Source: Gammaproteobacteria bacterium (GTDB lineage Bacteria > Pseudomonadota > Gammaproteobacteria > JBCCGL01). From it: 64,000 bases of DNA. The notes beneath the pieces are model-generated. The model searched no databases and had not been told where the DNA came from. It saw only the letters and a program-made list of their open reading frames with translations. Below, piece after piece: positions 43,528-53,065 of the stretch (positions are counted from its first letter, which is position 1; every line of letters starts with the position of its first letter). The stretch is taken from the NCBI GenBank assembly GCA_965277715.1, contig OZ255836.1:3360001-3424000 (forward strand), given 5' to 3'. Made by a program: the position numbers and the translations under genes.

Positions 43528-43917
43528 ATGAGCGAACAAAACATCGATCACTTCATCAAAACCGAAGGTCTGGACAGCACCCGCGAACAGGAAATCGGCC
43601 AGCACATTGGCTACCGTTACGACGTTAATCTAGTGCCGGATATGGATCGCTGCCCACCCTTTCTGAAAAAATACATGGAGATTATGGGTTGGCGTGATTT
43701 GAACTGGCTGGAAGATGTACACATGGGGTACGAAGAAGGTAACGCCGCCGTTTTCGACCGCAACATCAACGGCTGGGTCACCATCCCCGACGACATCGAA
43801 CTGCCGGACAACCAACAGGATCGCGATATGATTGCGCGTGAACTGCTGATTAAGTTTCAAATGTCCAGCAACCACCCGATGGTCGATTTGCGCAAAGCTT
43901 ACGAAAAGTTTGCCTGA
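43528..43917 (+). CDS. hypothetical protein, last gene of the operon
   Basis: GAGGAGG RBS; followed by hairpin GGCCGGATA..TATCCGGCC. Confidence 0.75.
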   Translation: MSEQNIDHFIKTEGLDSTREQEIGQHIGYRYDVNLVPDMDRCPPFLKKYMEIMGWRDLNWLEDVHMGYEEGNAAVFDRNINGWVTIPDDIELPDNQQDRDMIARELLIKFQMSSNHPMVDLRKAYEKFA

Positions 43918-44009
43918 CCAGTTGATCGGCATATCAAAACAATAAAGCCCTGGGCCGGATAAACTATCCGGCCTATTCAATTTAAGCTGAACCTGACAAC
44001 GCCCTTCTC

Positions 44010-44537
44010 ATGGCTGAAACACCCACCCCTATAGAGCAGTTTATGTACTGGCAGTGCCGTATCCGCCAGGAATCGGTACGCAAACTTGATGGCCGCCCAA
44101 CGGCGGGTATGCGCCCAACCGTATTGCGGGTTGATACCCGTGAATCGCTCGGTACGATTAATGTATTGATTACCAAACGTGAACCCGCCGACTACACCAG
44201 CCAATTTCGCCATACGGTTAAAAAGACACAAGACCCAACTGAACGTATAAAAAGCGGTTTGCAGTTATTGGCAGAAGCTTACTACCAGCAACCTAAAGGG
44301 TTTTCCACCGAGCTGGTGGCGCTGTTTGCATTGGACTCTGAACTGGCGGGTAATTTACTGAGCACCGGTGAATGTAACCTGGCCTTTGCACAAGACACCC
44401 AAAAACACCGCCTGCACTGCACCGTGCGTGAAGTGCCTGAGGATGACCCGGCCCACCAGGCCATCTACTGGCACAACCATTTATTTAATCCGCGTATGCC
44501 GGGACGTGTGCAGGTGTTGGGGTTTACGCCGCAATAG
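44010..44537 (+). CDS. hypothetical protein
   Basis: 175-aa ORF with ATG start, longest ORF in this interval. Confidence 0.65.
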   Translation: MAETPTPIEQFMYWQCRIRQESVRKLDGRPTAGMRPTVLRVDTRESLGTINVLITKREPADYTSQFRHTVKKTQDPTERIKSGLQLLAEAYYQQPKGFSTELVALFALDSELAGNLLSTGECNLAFAQDTQKHRLHCTVREVPEDDPAHQAIYWHNHLFNPRMPGRVQVLGFTPQ

Positions 44538-44686
44538 AATGCATGTAAAGCGTGACCTCTGGTGAAAGTAGGTTCAGCACTTAGTCTGATTCAGCTAATG
44601 CTTTTCAAGCCGGTTAGCCTGAGCGATTTCGACATAAGTATCCAATCGGGTTTCCAGCTTAATAACTCATTAAAGGGGTCAGTACC

Positions 44687-45325
44687 CAATGGCACTAAGT
44701 TAAGCCGCTTTAGCTTGCCAATATTCAGTTTTTAAAACGTTCCGTGGTCGAGTCATTAATGCCCGTGGTTTAGGTCGCCTTTTTACCACTCTTGGTTCAA
44801 ATCTAAAAGGTCGATGAAGCACACGATCATCCGCAATCGCTGCATATAAATAATCAAGATATTGCCGTCTTTTTTGTGCTGGACTCTGCCCACTACCAAG
44901 TGATGAAGTGCTTTGTCGGAGTGTTTGCAAAACACCTTTAAGACTTAGCCGATCAACCGGTGTGTCATGTCGGTTCGTACAATGCTGACGTGTATTTGTC
45001 GTAAAGTTAAGGTCTTTGGAAGTTCGTTATGCTGCTCTTTTGTGTAACGGGTCGCTTTTGTGTGTTTAGGTTTTTGCCATTCGATATGAAGGTCATTATC
45101 GGCTATCTTCTTTTTGGCCTGGGAGGCAGTGCTGGGCGTTCTCCGCGCCAATGTAACGACACTGTCCTGTCAACCGTTCGTCGAGAGAGGCAGTCAATAT
45201 CGTAGAAGCTGCAAAAACCTTTATCACCTAAGAAAATGTCACTTTCATTGAAGGTATCCCATTGTTCTTCTAAAAGTCTTAGCTCATAACTTTTTTTATT
45301 TCCCAGTGCATAGCTCAGAATTAAA
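44687..45325 (-). mobile_element. truncated, internally deleted copy of IS4-a
   Basis: IR CAATGGCACTAAGTTAAG at 44687; matches the 3' half of 17978-19537 with an internal deletion. Confidence 0.87.
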
Positions 45326-45335
45326 CTACCTTAAA

Positions 45336-46117
45336 GGGGTCAGTACCCTTTATTTATTATCTTGTTTAATATAGGGCCTCCCTCTCTTCGAATGCCCCAC
45401 TTTCAGACTTAAAAGGCTCTCTATCTCATGCTTAAACCGATCACTGCCCAGGGGAACACCTGTTTGAGTACATTGACGAATTTTCTCAACTAGGCTCTCA
45501 TCCATCACTTCCGTAAAGAGAGACCTGTAAGCCAGCTGCCTCTCTGCTTTTTTATTGTCTAACGCCAAGTAGAGAGGGTGAGGAGTGACCAGTGGATCAT
45601 CATGCCCGAGTCCATTGGCATGATAACTTGACCATCGGTAATCCTGGCAGCGCTCGACCATTAGTGCTCTAACCGGGTTCGTTTCTATATATCGACAGCA
45701 AGCCAATAAATACGGCTCTGTATCAACACTACTGGCCTTAAAACGCCCTTCCCACAAAGTGCCACTCCTCCCATATTTATGATTAAAGTAGGGGACATAA
45801 CGCCGCCCCACTGTCTGAGATAGTTTCGATAAGTGGCTGGTATCACTCGCACTCACCAACAAGTGCAAATGATTCGACATTAAGACATAGCTATGAATTC
45901 GGCACGCTAGCTGTTCTGCCGCCTCCTGTAGCCAGCGCTTATAGATAAAGAAATCCTCATCTTCAGCAAAGACGACCTGGCGACTGTTCCCTCTAAGGAT
46001 CATATGGATTGGTACATCGGGGATAAAAAAGCGCGGTTTTCTTGGCATTGTGTTGAGGCTTCAAGAGCGAATGAAAACAGAATTTTATACAAAAATCCTA
46101 TAAAAGGGTACGACCCC
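45336..46117 (-). mobile_element. TIR-flanked Y1/HUH element with intact gene
   Basis: Ends GGGGTCAGTACCCTTTA and TAAAAGGGTACGACCCC. Confidence 0.8.
45350..46048 (-). CDS. Y1/HUH (RAYT-like) tyrosine transposase
   Basis: MPRKPR..HMILRGN, YVLMSNHLHLL (HUH), LWEGRFK, RYIETNPVRA, YRWSSY. Confidence 0.92.
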   Translation of the reverse strand: MPRKPRFFIPDVPIHMILRGNSRQVVFAEDEDFFIYKRWLQEAAEQLACRIHSYVLMSNHLHLLVSASDTSHLSKLSQTVGRRYVPYFNHKYGRSGTLWEGRFKASSVDTEPYLLACCRYIETNPVRALMVERCQDYRWSSYHANGLGHDDPLVTPHPLYLALDNKKAERQLAYRSLFTEVMDESLVEKIRQCTQTGVPLGSDRFKHEIESLLSLKVGHSKRGRPYIKQDNK

Positions 46118-46126
46118 TTTATTTTT

Positions 46127-46205
46127 CAAAAAACAGAAATAGGTCATTTACAATGAAAGTACTTCCATATTTTTCATGTACTTAGAGCTTAAGGAAGTGC
46201 CATTC
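46127..46205 (+). mobile_element. 79-bp right-end fragment of IS4-b
   Basis: Identical to 20059-20137. Confidence 0.85.
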
Positions 46206-46219
46206 ACCTGAGACCCCTT

Positions 46220-46927
46220 TTACTCTTTAGCTCCTTGCATCGCCCATTCGACAATTTTGTTCCGTACCCCCGCCTTAATCTTATCAACCTCCGGGATATA
46301 ACGGCCGGTAAACGAAAGATCAGCATCCCCATACTCGAAGGAAACGTTTGTACTGCAACGCACATTGGACATATCCTCTGCTTTAGGTTCATGAAACCCA
46401 ACACTGCATCCTGCTACCCATTTTGGTTGTAACGTCGCCGTATCAGAGGGAGGTGCCTCAAAATACTCCCAGAATCTAGACCCCTGCCGCCAATATATCC
46501 TGTAAAGCCCCACCTTATCGTCGTATTCGATGAAACGCGCACGACGATAATTCCCCAGTCCCATCCAGGCATCATACGCGCCTGGGTTCAAGTTATATTC
46601 GTTCGCATCGGTGAAAGCCTTCGGTCCATACAACAGCATATGGACTTCCATGGCCTTTCCAGTTGGTATGGTGTGCGGCAACGGGGTGATCCCCATATCC
46701 AGCAAAGAAATGTCCAGATTAATGCCCGTGTCTTCATCCATCTCTGGGCCGCGCGGGACCATCGCCGATGGCAGATCCGGTAACATGTACCGGGTTGGAA
46801 TCTGATAACGCTGCCCACTGATGATGACCGTCTTGTTCACTGCTACCGCCTCCCCTTCATTGCTGCAACCTGCCACGGCAACAAGAAGGCCCATGGCCGT
46901 GAAAACACGCTTCATTACTTTTTTCAT
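46220..46927 (-). CDS. lipoprotein, probable Rhs immunity protein
   Basis: Lipobox VAGC; GAGG RBS immediately after the Rhs tip. Confidence 0.7.
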   Translation of the reverse strand: MKKVMKRVFTAMGLLVAVAGCSNEGEAVAVNKTVIISGQRYQIPTRYMLPDLPSAMVPRGPEMDEDTGINLDISLLDMGITPLPHTIPTGKAMEVHMLLYGPKAFTDANEYNLNPGAYDAWMGLGNYRRARFIEYDDKVGLYRIYWRQGSRFWEYFEAPPSDTATLQPKWVAGCSVGFHEPKAEDMSNVRCSTNVSFEYGDADLSFTGRYIPEVDKIKAGVRNKIVEWAMQGAKE

Positions 46928-46941
46928 TTGATACCTCTTGC

Positions 46942-48417
46942 TTACGGCCTGGTGTCACAGCCACCACACCACGCCCCACTGTAGGCGTTGGGCGCATTAC
47001 CAAATCGGGTACCGCCGAAGTAAGACTTTGGGATCCCATAATCATGAAATACATCGTGATGGTAGTCGGAAATCTGTTTCGGACTCAGTAAGTGGTTGAC
47101 GCTTGTTCTATCTTTCGTAACAAAGTTAATGTGGGCCTCCACAAGCTTGAGACCTATTTGCTCCATCGTCACCGTTAAGCCATTATCACTGATATAGGAC
47201 TCCAATCGGCTCCAGGTATAGCTTGCCGAAGCTCGCTCCCACCAACTGGCATCGACAAAGTCGCCATATCCCCAACCTATCAGTGCAGTACGCGCGACCG
47301 GATCACTGCTGTCAGAATACCGGGACTTCCAAAAACCAATAATGTCGCCGTCTTCAGCCAGCGTTTTTTGTGCGTCCGTTATAGGTGAACCTCCCTTCCC
47401 AGCACCCGACTCCGCATTATGCCAATGAGTAAACGCTGCACTAGCCGCCCCATTTGCAAACTTCCCCCCCACCAAGCTTAGATGCCGTCCCCCCAATCAC
47501 CGCAGCAGTAACCGTCCGATGAATTTTATAATTAGCGGACTTCCCCCAAATATCAAAATTCAACGACTTTGCCCCTGCAGCAAAGGCCGACGAAACAAAC
47601 CCATAACCAAACTTTCCGCCTTGCGCAACCGCCAAAGTACCACCAACCACACCATTAGCAGCCGCGTTCAAGGCATGCTGACCTGCACCAGCATTAATGT
47701 CAAAGGTTGAACCAACCCAACTACTGGCTCGTTGCCCAAGATAATACGTTACCCCCGCTACAGCGGCACCTCTAGCGGCTTCCGAGGGCGAAGCCCCATA
47801 CGCTCTGGCTATGTCGTATTGCGCCGCCGCATAACACAGCGCCGCAAAAGGGCCACAAAATGCTGAGCCAATGGTCGCCGCGAGATTGGCAATTTTTGGA
47901 CCTACAGCCCGAATAACGGCTCTTGTAGCTTTCTTCACAAGTCGCTGCAAAGCCGCCGCCGGCCCTAATACAAGACCCGCAAGTCCCCCGATTGCTTTTT
48001 TAAGCAATCCCTTTAAAAAATACCCACTAGGATCCGTATACTTCATCGGATTATTCTGCACATAGCTATAGCGACTATAGCTCTGGCTCATGCCCGTCAA
48101 TCGATTCGTGGTCGGTATAAGCTCGGGTGGTAAACAGTAAACGCATGCTGTACAGCGACCCCGCACCTTGCCAGTCAAAATGGCGTTGTTTGCCCCAGGC
48201 ATCGTAACTGCGCCGATCAACCACTTGACCGTCAGCATCCGTCATCGTGTCGATACTGCCGAGCGCGTCTTTGTGCAGATAGTGGGTTTTAACACCTTCC
48301 TTGCTGGAAACACTGTGGCTGGCGACCCGATTGCCCGCAGCGTAGATGTAGTGTTGATGCCGGGTGTGTTGACCGTTGTCAGTGACCTGTTTCTCGTACA
48401 ATCCCCCTACGTACCAG
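46942..48417 (-). pseudogene. Rhs toxin C-terminal remnant (core end, hydrophobic linker, tip)
   Basis: YLHKDALGSI..RSYDAWG and YSYVQNNPMKYTDPSG; split over ORFs 48075-48401, 47441-48238, 46942-47496. Confidence 0.85.
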
Positions 48418-49284
48418 GAAGCGTATGCGACGTCCAGTTATTGGTCGCAGGTTTTCACACGCTACGGCCATACCGTCAAACTCATTAATCCAGCATACGT
48501 ACGCCCTTACGTTAAAACAAACAAGAACGATGCAGCGGATGTAGAGGCCCTGTGTGAAGCAGCCTCACGTCCGAATATGCGATTTGTTCAGCCCAAAACA
48601 CCCGACCAACAAGACAGCCAATTACTCCACCGGGTGCGCAGTCGGTTAGTGTCAAAACGGACGAGTTTAAGTAATCAAATAAGAGGGTTACTGGGTGAGT
48701 ATGGGCTGATTATTCCGGTAGGTATTCGCCACGTCCGCCAGCACTTGCCTGCGCTTTTAGAGGATGCTGAAAATGCCTTGTCAGCCACAGCACGTGAAGT
48801 GTTCAGTGCTTTGTATGATGAACTAGTGGAGATTGATAAACGCGTAACACACTACACAAAACGGTTAACCCAGTTGAGCAACCAGCATGAGCGCTGTCAG
48901 CAATTAAAAACACTGCCGGGTGTAGGGCCTCTGGTCGCCACTGCCTTGTTTACAGCAATGGGCGATCCGGGTTTCTATAAAAACGGGCGTGAGTTTTCCG
49001 CCTTTTTGGGTCTCGTTCCTCGTCAATATAGTTCGGGGGGCAAAACACAACTCAAAGGTATCAGTAAACGCGGGGACGAACACGTGCGCACTTTGTTGAT
49101 ACAGGGGGCGCAAGCGGCATTAAGTCGAATGCCTAAACACGATGATGGGCTAAGTCGTTGGGCCTGTCGTGTCAAAGCACGTCGGGGCCATTGTGTGGCG
49201 GCGGTGGCATTGGCCAATAAGCTCGCCAGAATTAGCTGGGCGGTAGCGGCTAATAATACAACTTACGTGCATAAAACAGTTTAA
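48418..49284 (+). pseudogene. IS110-family (IS1111-type) recombinase, 5'-truncated
   Basis: EAYATS, KNDAAD, LPGVG, LGLVPRQYSSGG, ISKRGD, VALANKLARI; first catalytic Asp segment missing. Confidence 0.88.
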
Positions 49285-49338
49285 TAACATCGTTGAAGAT
49301 TTCTTACCACGAGGTAGCGAAAGAGCAGTAAAGGGTAT

Positions 49339-49492
49339 AACAGGTTAAACCGGCTCAGACAGAACCTGGAGGGGGTCATGGTCTTCACAGACCGATTGCT
49401 TGATGAGGTGTCTGAGCACGGTTCCCATTATGGCTCTGGACGGATAAACAAATACAATCCGTCCTATCGAGAAGCCGGATATATGACTGCTA
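49339..49492 (+). ncRNA. putative IS1111 seek/bridge RNA
   Basis: Non-coding region after the transposase; stems CTCAGACA/TGTCTGAG, GGTC/GACC, GGACGGAT/ATCCGTCC; loops match target and donor ends. Confidence 0.68.
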
Positions 49493-49707
49493 ACCTTATT
49501 TACTGTGTCTGCTCTGAACGCTAAAAATTGAATGAACGATTAAAAAATTGTTGAATTTAACTGCGGGTCCATATATGACCCCTTAACTTTGGGCGCTATT
49601 TCCAATTTCTCGGGATATCCTTGTATATTTCTATATAATGCCTGTCCTATTTTCCTTCTTGATAAATAGTTTGGGAATTTATACGGCCAGAAAGTGGCAC
49701 ATTACAA

Positions 49708-50322
49708 TTATGGATGATCTCTATCTATTTTCTGTTGCCGCCCAATGGATAAAGATTTATTCATCTCATACCTAGACAGCAGCAGAATTTTAGCCCTTTC
49801 ATATTTATCACGGTTATACGTAGGAGAATTTAAGTGAGGGGCTCTTCCTATAGTTAATAACGCTATTACTTTTTCTACATTTAACTCTCTCAAATCCAAA
49901 CCATAATAATGACTAGATGCATTGGAAAGACCCCGACCTTCTTCATATGGCAAATAGTAACCATATAACGATAAAATTTTATCATCCGATAAGCTGACAA
50001 GCATAGCAAAGCGAACAAGCCAAAATTTTATGGGCCAACTACTAATTTTTTTCTGCTCGCTATTGTAATACCTCATCCCTACTACTTTAGCTACATAGGT
50101 CTTGACACTGTTAGGTAAAATACCTGCATCCTTATTTGATCTTTCTACCCATATAATTGTTTGCTTTATTTCATTCGTTAGCGCTTTCTCGGACTCAGAT
50201 AAATTCTGATACTCATTTTGAATAAATTCATTAATTCCACTTAGGTATACATAGCATATACAAAATATGAAAATTACGAAGCCTACTAAAACAAAAGAAG
50301 TTCTTCTGCACACTAAACTCAT
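49708..50322 (-). CDS. membrane-anchored transglycosylase-domain-like protein, probable immunity
   Basis: N-terminal TM; GLSNASSHYYG..RELNVEKVIALLTIGRAPHLNSP resembles the GT51 C-terminal half; AT-rich; directly after a toxin-tip-like ORF. Confidence 0.6.
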   Translation of the reverse strand: MSLVCRRTSFVLVGFVIFIFCICYVYLSGINEFIQNEYQNLSESEKALTNEIKQTIIWVERSNKDAGILPNSVKTYVAKVVGMRYYNSEQKKISSWPIKFWLVRFAMLVSLSDDKILSLYGYYLPYEEGRGLSNASSHYYGLDLRELNVEKVIALLTIGRAPHLNSPTYNRDKYERAKILLLSRYEMNKSLSIGRQQKIDRDHP

Positions 50323-50327
50323 TTCAA

Positions 50328-50784
50328 TTACCTAAGTCGTTCATTCACAGCATCTAGTAGTCGACGTGGTGTTACTATACTGGTGAAAGAAATACTGGAT
50401 TGTTGGTTAATTCCATTGAATGCTGGAATAGTTTCTATTGCATTTGTAATAGTACATGCACAATACAGTGGACTACGCCATCCTAATCTATCAATTGTCG
50501 TCAATAAATCTGTCACGTCGGCTGGTGAAATATTCAAATCTCTAATAACAACTGTTGAACCTGTTCCATGATGATAAGTTATATAATCTTGAACACTTAC
50601 ATTATATAAAACGTCTCCAGATCCTCTTGTCCCTGTTTGGAAACTTCCACCTGGATCATATAAAAAGCTCTCTCCATTCTGCTGAATCAATAAAGCTGAA
50701 TGCATATCAGCCAAACCCTCATCTAAAACGCTTACTAGCTTTGCAGTACTCTTTTCCGCCTTCTGTGCAGCAAGCTCTTGTTCA
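50328..50784 (-). pseudogene. 5'-truncated toxin-tip-like ORF
   Basis: HSAL..LYDPGGSF..RGSGD..LYCA; cut by the IS3 end; AT-rich. Confidence 0.5.
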
Positions 50785-50792
50785 ACGGTGTT

Positions 50793-52457
50793 TGTCAAGG
50801 TAGTTGTCCGTTTTACTATGCTACTTGCTTTTCAATTCCATTGTGCTTTTGTCTCATGGCCAAGCCTTCCTTTTCCGGGTTTAACCACACCCCCGATACC
50901 GGTTCGAGGTGTTTAATATCCTGGCTCCAGCGTTCAGGGTGTTTGGCCTTTGCTTGTTCATAAACTGCTTTTCTGGCTGCCAGTATCGCGTGATCTTCGC
51001 CTTTATGACGCGAGGCTGGTGTCACAAACCCAATGCCGCTATGGCAATGAGAGCCGTTGTACCATTGCACAAATCCATGCACCCAGTTTCGCGCAGAGGC
51101 TAAACTATCAAATGGCTTTGACGGATAGGCAGGCGTGTATTTTAAGGTTCTAAACAGACTTTCTGAATAAGGATTATCATCGCTTACCGATGGCCTACTA
51201 AACGAAGGTATCACACCCAACCATTGCAGTTTTGCTAACATGGTAGCACCTTTCATCGGGCCACCATTATCCGCGTGTAATACCAATTGACTCTGGCTGC
51301 ACCCCTCCGCTAAACAGGCACGCTGGATCAGCGCCGCTGCCAGATCAGCCGATTCACTGTCATGCACTTCCCAGGCAACAATTTTACGACTGTAAATATC
51401 CATCATCATGTAAAGCCGGTAAAACCACCCGGTTATGTTCGATTTCAAAAAGGTAATATCCCAAGACCACACCTCGTTTGGCCTTGATGCCAGGTAGCTG
51501 TTAGGTTTGTGCCGTTTTTTAGGCGTCGCCGCCTTACCTTGCCGCTGCAGTTGGTTTTCCGACTTTAACACCCGATAGAAGCTTGACTCTGACCCAATAT
51601 ACACACCTTCATCCGCCAATTTGGGCACAATTTGCGAGGGGGGTAGCGCTTGGTAGTTCGCTTCATTACAGGTGGTGACAATCAATGCCCGCTCTTCTGC
51701 TGTGAACTTATTACCAGGCGCCTGTCGATGAGCGCTGGGTCTGCCATCAGCACGGACAGTACCCGCGTTTGCCCAGCGTCGGTACGTCTTAGGGTGTCAC
51801 TCAAGCACTTTGCACGCTTTGCTTAATGTAGCGCCAGCGACAACGGCCTCTTTGATTAAACGGATACTATTTTGGCGATCTGAATGGCAGGTCATTCGTC
51901 CTCTCCCTCCCCCCAGATCGCTTGGGCCTTTTTTCTAAGCACCAGCAAAGCGGCTGTTTCGGCTAACGCTTTCTCCTTTCGGTGCAGGTCTTGTTCGAGA
52001 CGTTTAATACGTTTATCCGCTTCTCTACGACTGGTTTGTAAACGTTTCGTTTGGGCGCGATCCCAGTCATTGGCTTGTTCACAAGCCATTCGCCATGCCT
52101 TAATCTGATCAGGGTACAAACCACGATGACGGCAATAAGCTGAAAGGTCTGTTTCGCTTAATGACGCACTTTCCAGAACCGCTGAAAACTTATCCGAAGA
52201 ACCCCAACCTGCTGGTGTCAAATCGCCATCTGGCATGAGTTCGCCTTTCGCTCTTGCTGGGGCTCGCCAACTATAAAGCGTACCTTGTGCAATGCCTTCT
52301 TCTTTGGCTAACCGGGAAATTGTCTGATTGTTCGGCGGCAGCATCTTCTTTAAAACAGCGGCCTTTCTTTCTATTGGATAACGCATACCACTCTCTCTTT
52401 GCCTCCTGTAATAACTTATTGAATCCCAATTTAGGGAGGGGGACAACTACCCTGACA
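50793..52457 (-). mobile_element. IS3-family element, orfB inactivated
   Basis: IR TGTCAAGGTAGTTGTCC / GGACAACTACCCTGACA; orfA 51892-52386; orfB 50816-51895 (WSWDIT, HADNG, YSESLFRTLK) with in-frame TGA at 51797-51799. Confidence 0.88.
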
Positions 52458-52475
52458 CAGGGGGGGAGAAGGCAC

Positions 52476-52919
52476 ATGCCAAAATATGCACCAAAAGACC
52501 CCGCTCGTTTAGGTAGGCTGTTTCGCGATTTGATCTTTGCACGACAAATCGTGGTTGAAGGCCGAAGTAAGGTTGTCGAAGAGATAACGCACTCTAGCTT
52601 AAAGCGTGAGGTAGAGCAGGCATTACTAACCTTAATGGATAAACCAGATCTGCTTGAGCAATTCCACGCATTTGTACACGACCCAAAGTGCCGAAAAGAA
52701 ATATTAGCCGAGCATACTGCTAAACGTCTGATAGGTAGTGGCTATGACAATGATGTTCAGGATCTTGATAACGAGGATATGAAAACTTTTAATGTGGTAC
52801 TCGATAGCCCACATACTTTCCACATCGCGTTGCCTGATACATTGATGAGTATTGAACAATATGTTGATCCAAATTGGATAGAAACCATGGGCGCCTACAT
52901 TTTACGCAAGTGCCGTTAA
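52476..52919 (+). CDS. hypothetical protein, possibly truncated by IS3
   Basis: Open frame beyond the IS end, ATG at 52476. Confidence 0.5.
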   Translation: MPKYAPKDPARLGRLFRDLIFARQIVVEGRSKVVEEITHSSLKREVEQALLTLMDKPDLLEQFHAFVHDPKCRKEILAEHTAKRLIGSGYDNDVQDLDNEDMKTFNVVLDSPHTFHIALPDTLMSIEQYVDPNWIETMGAYILRKCR

Positions 52920-53065
52920 GCTGATAAGTACTGATCTCCTCACTCAGGACACCCGATCTGGCGTTCTGGGTGAGGAAATAACAAGCTGGACTGATCAGTT
53001 TCGCGAAAATGAATGCGTTTTATGTTATGCATTAAAATTTCTAACTATTTGAGAAAAATAAGAAA

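Noticed and set aside
51797-51799. In-frame TGA in IS3 orfB as recoding or selenocysteine
   Set aside because: No SECIS-like hairpin is evident and the position is non-catalytic; a nonsense mutation is simpler
52254-52475. N-terminal part of the 221-aa ORF
   Set aside because: It is antisense read-through of the IS3 left end
52977-53030. attC-like AAATAAC...GTTATGC before the 53066 gene
   Set aside because: No convincing internal L-box pairing, and no clear attC after the gene
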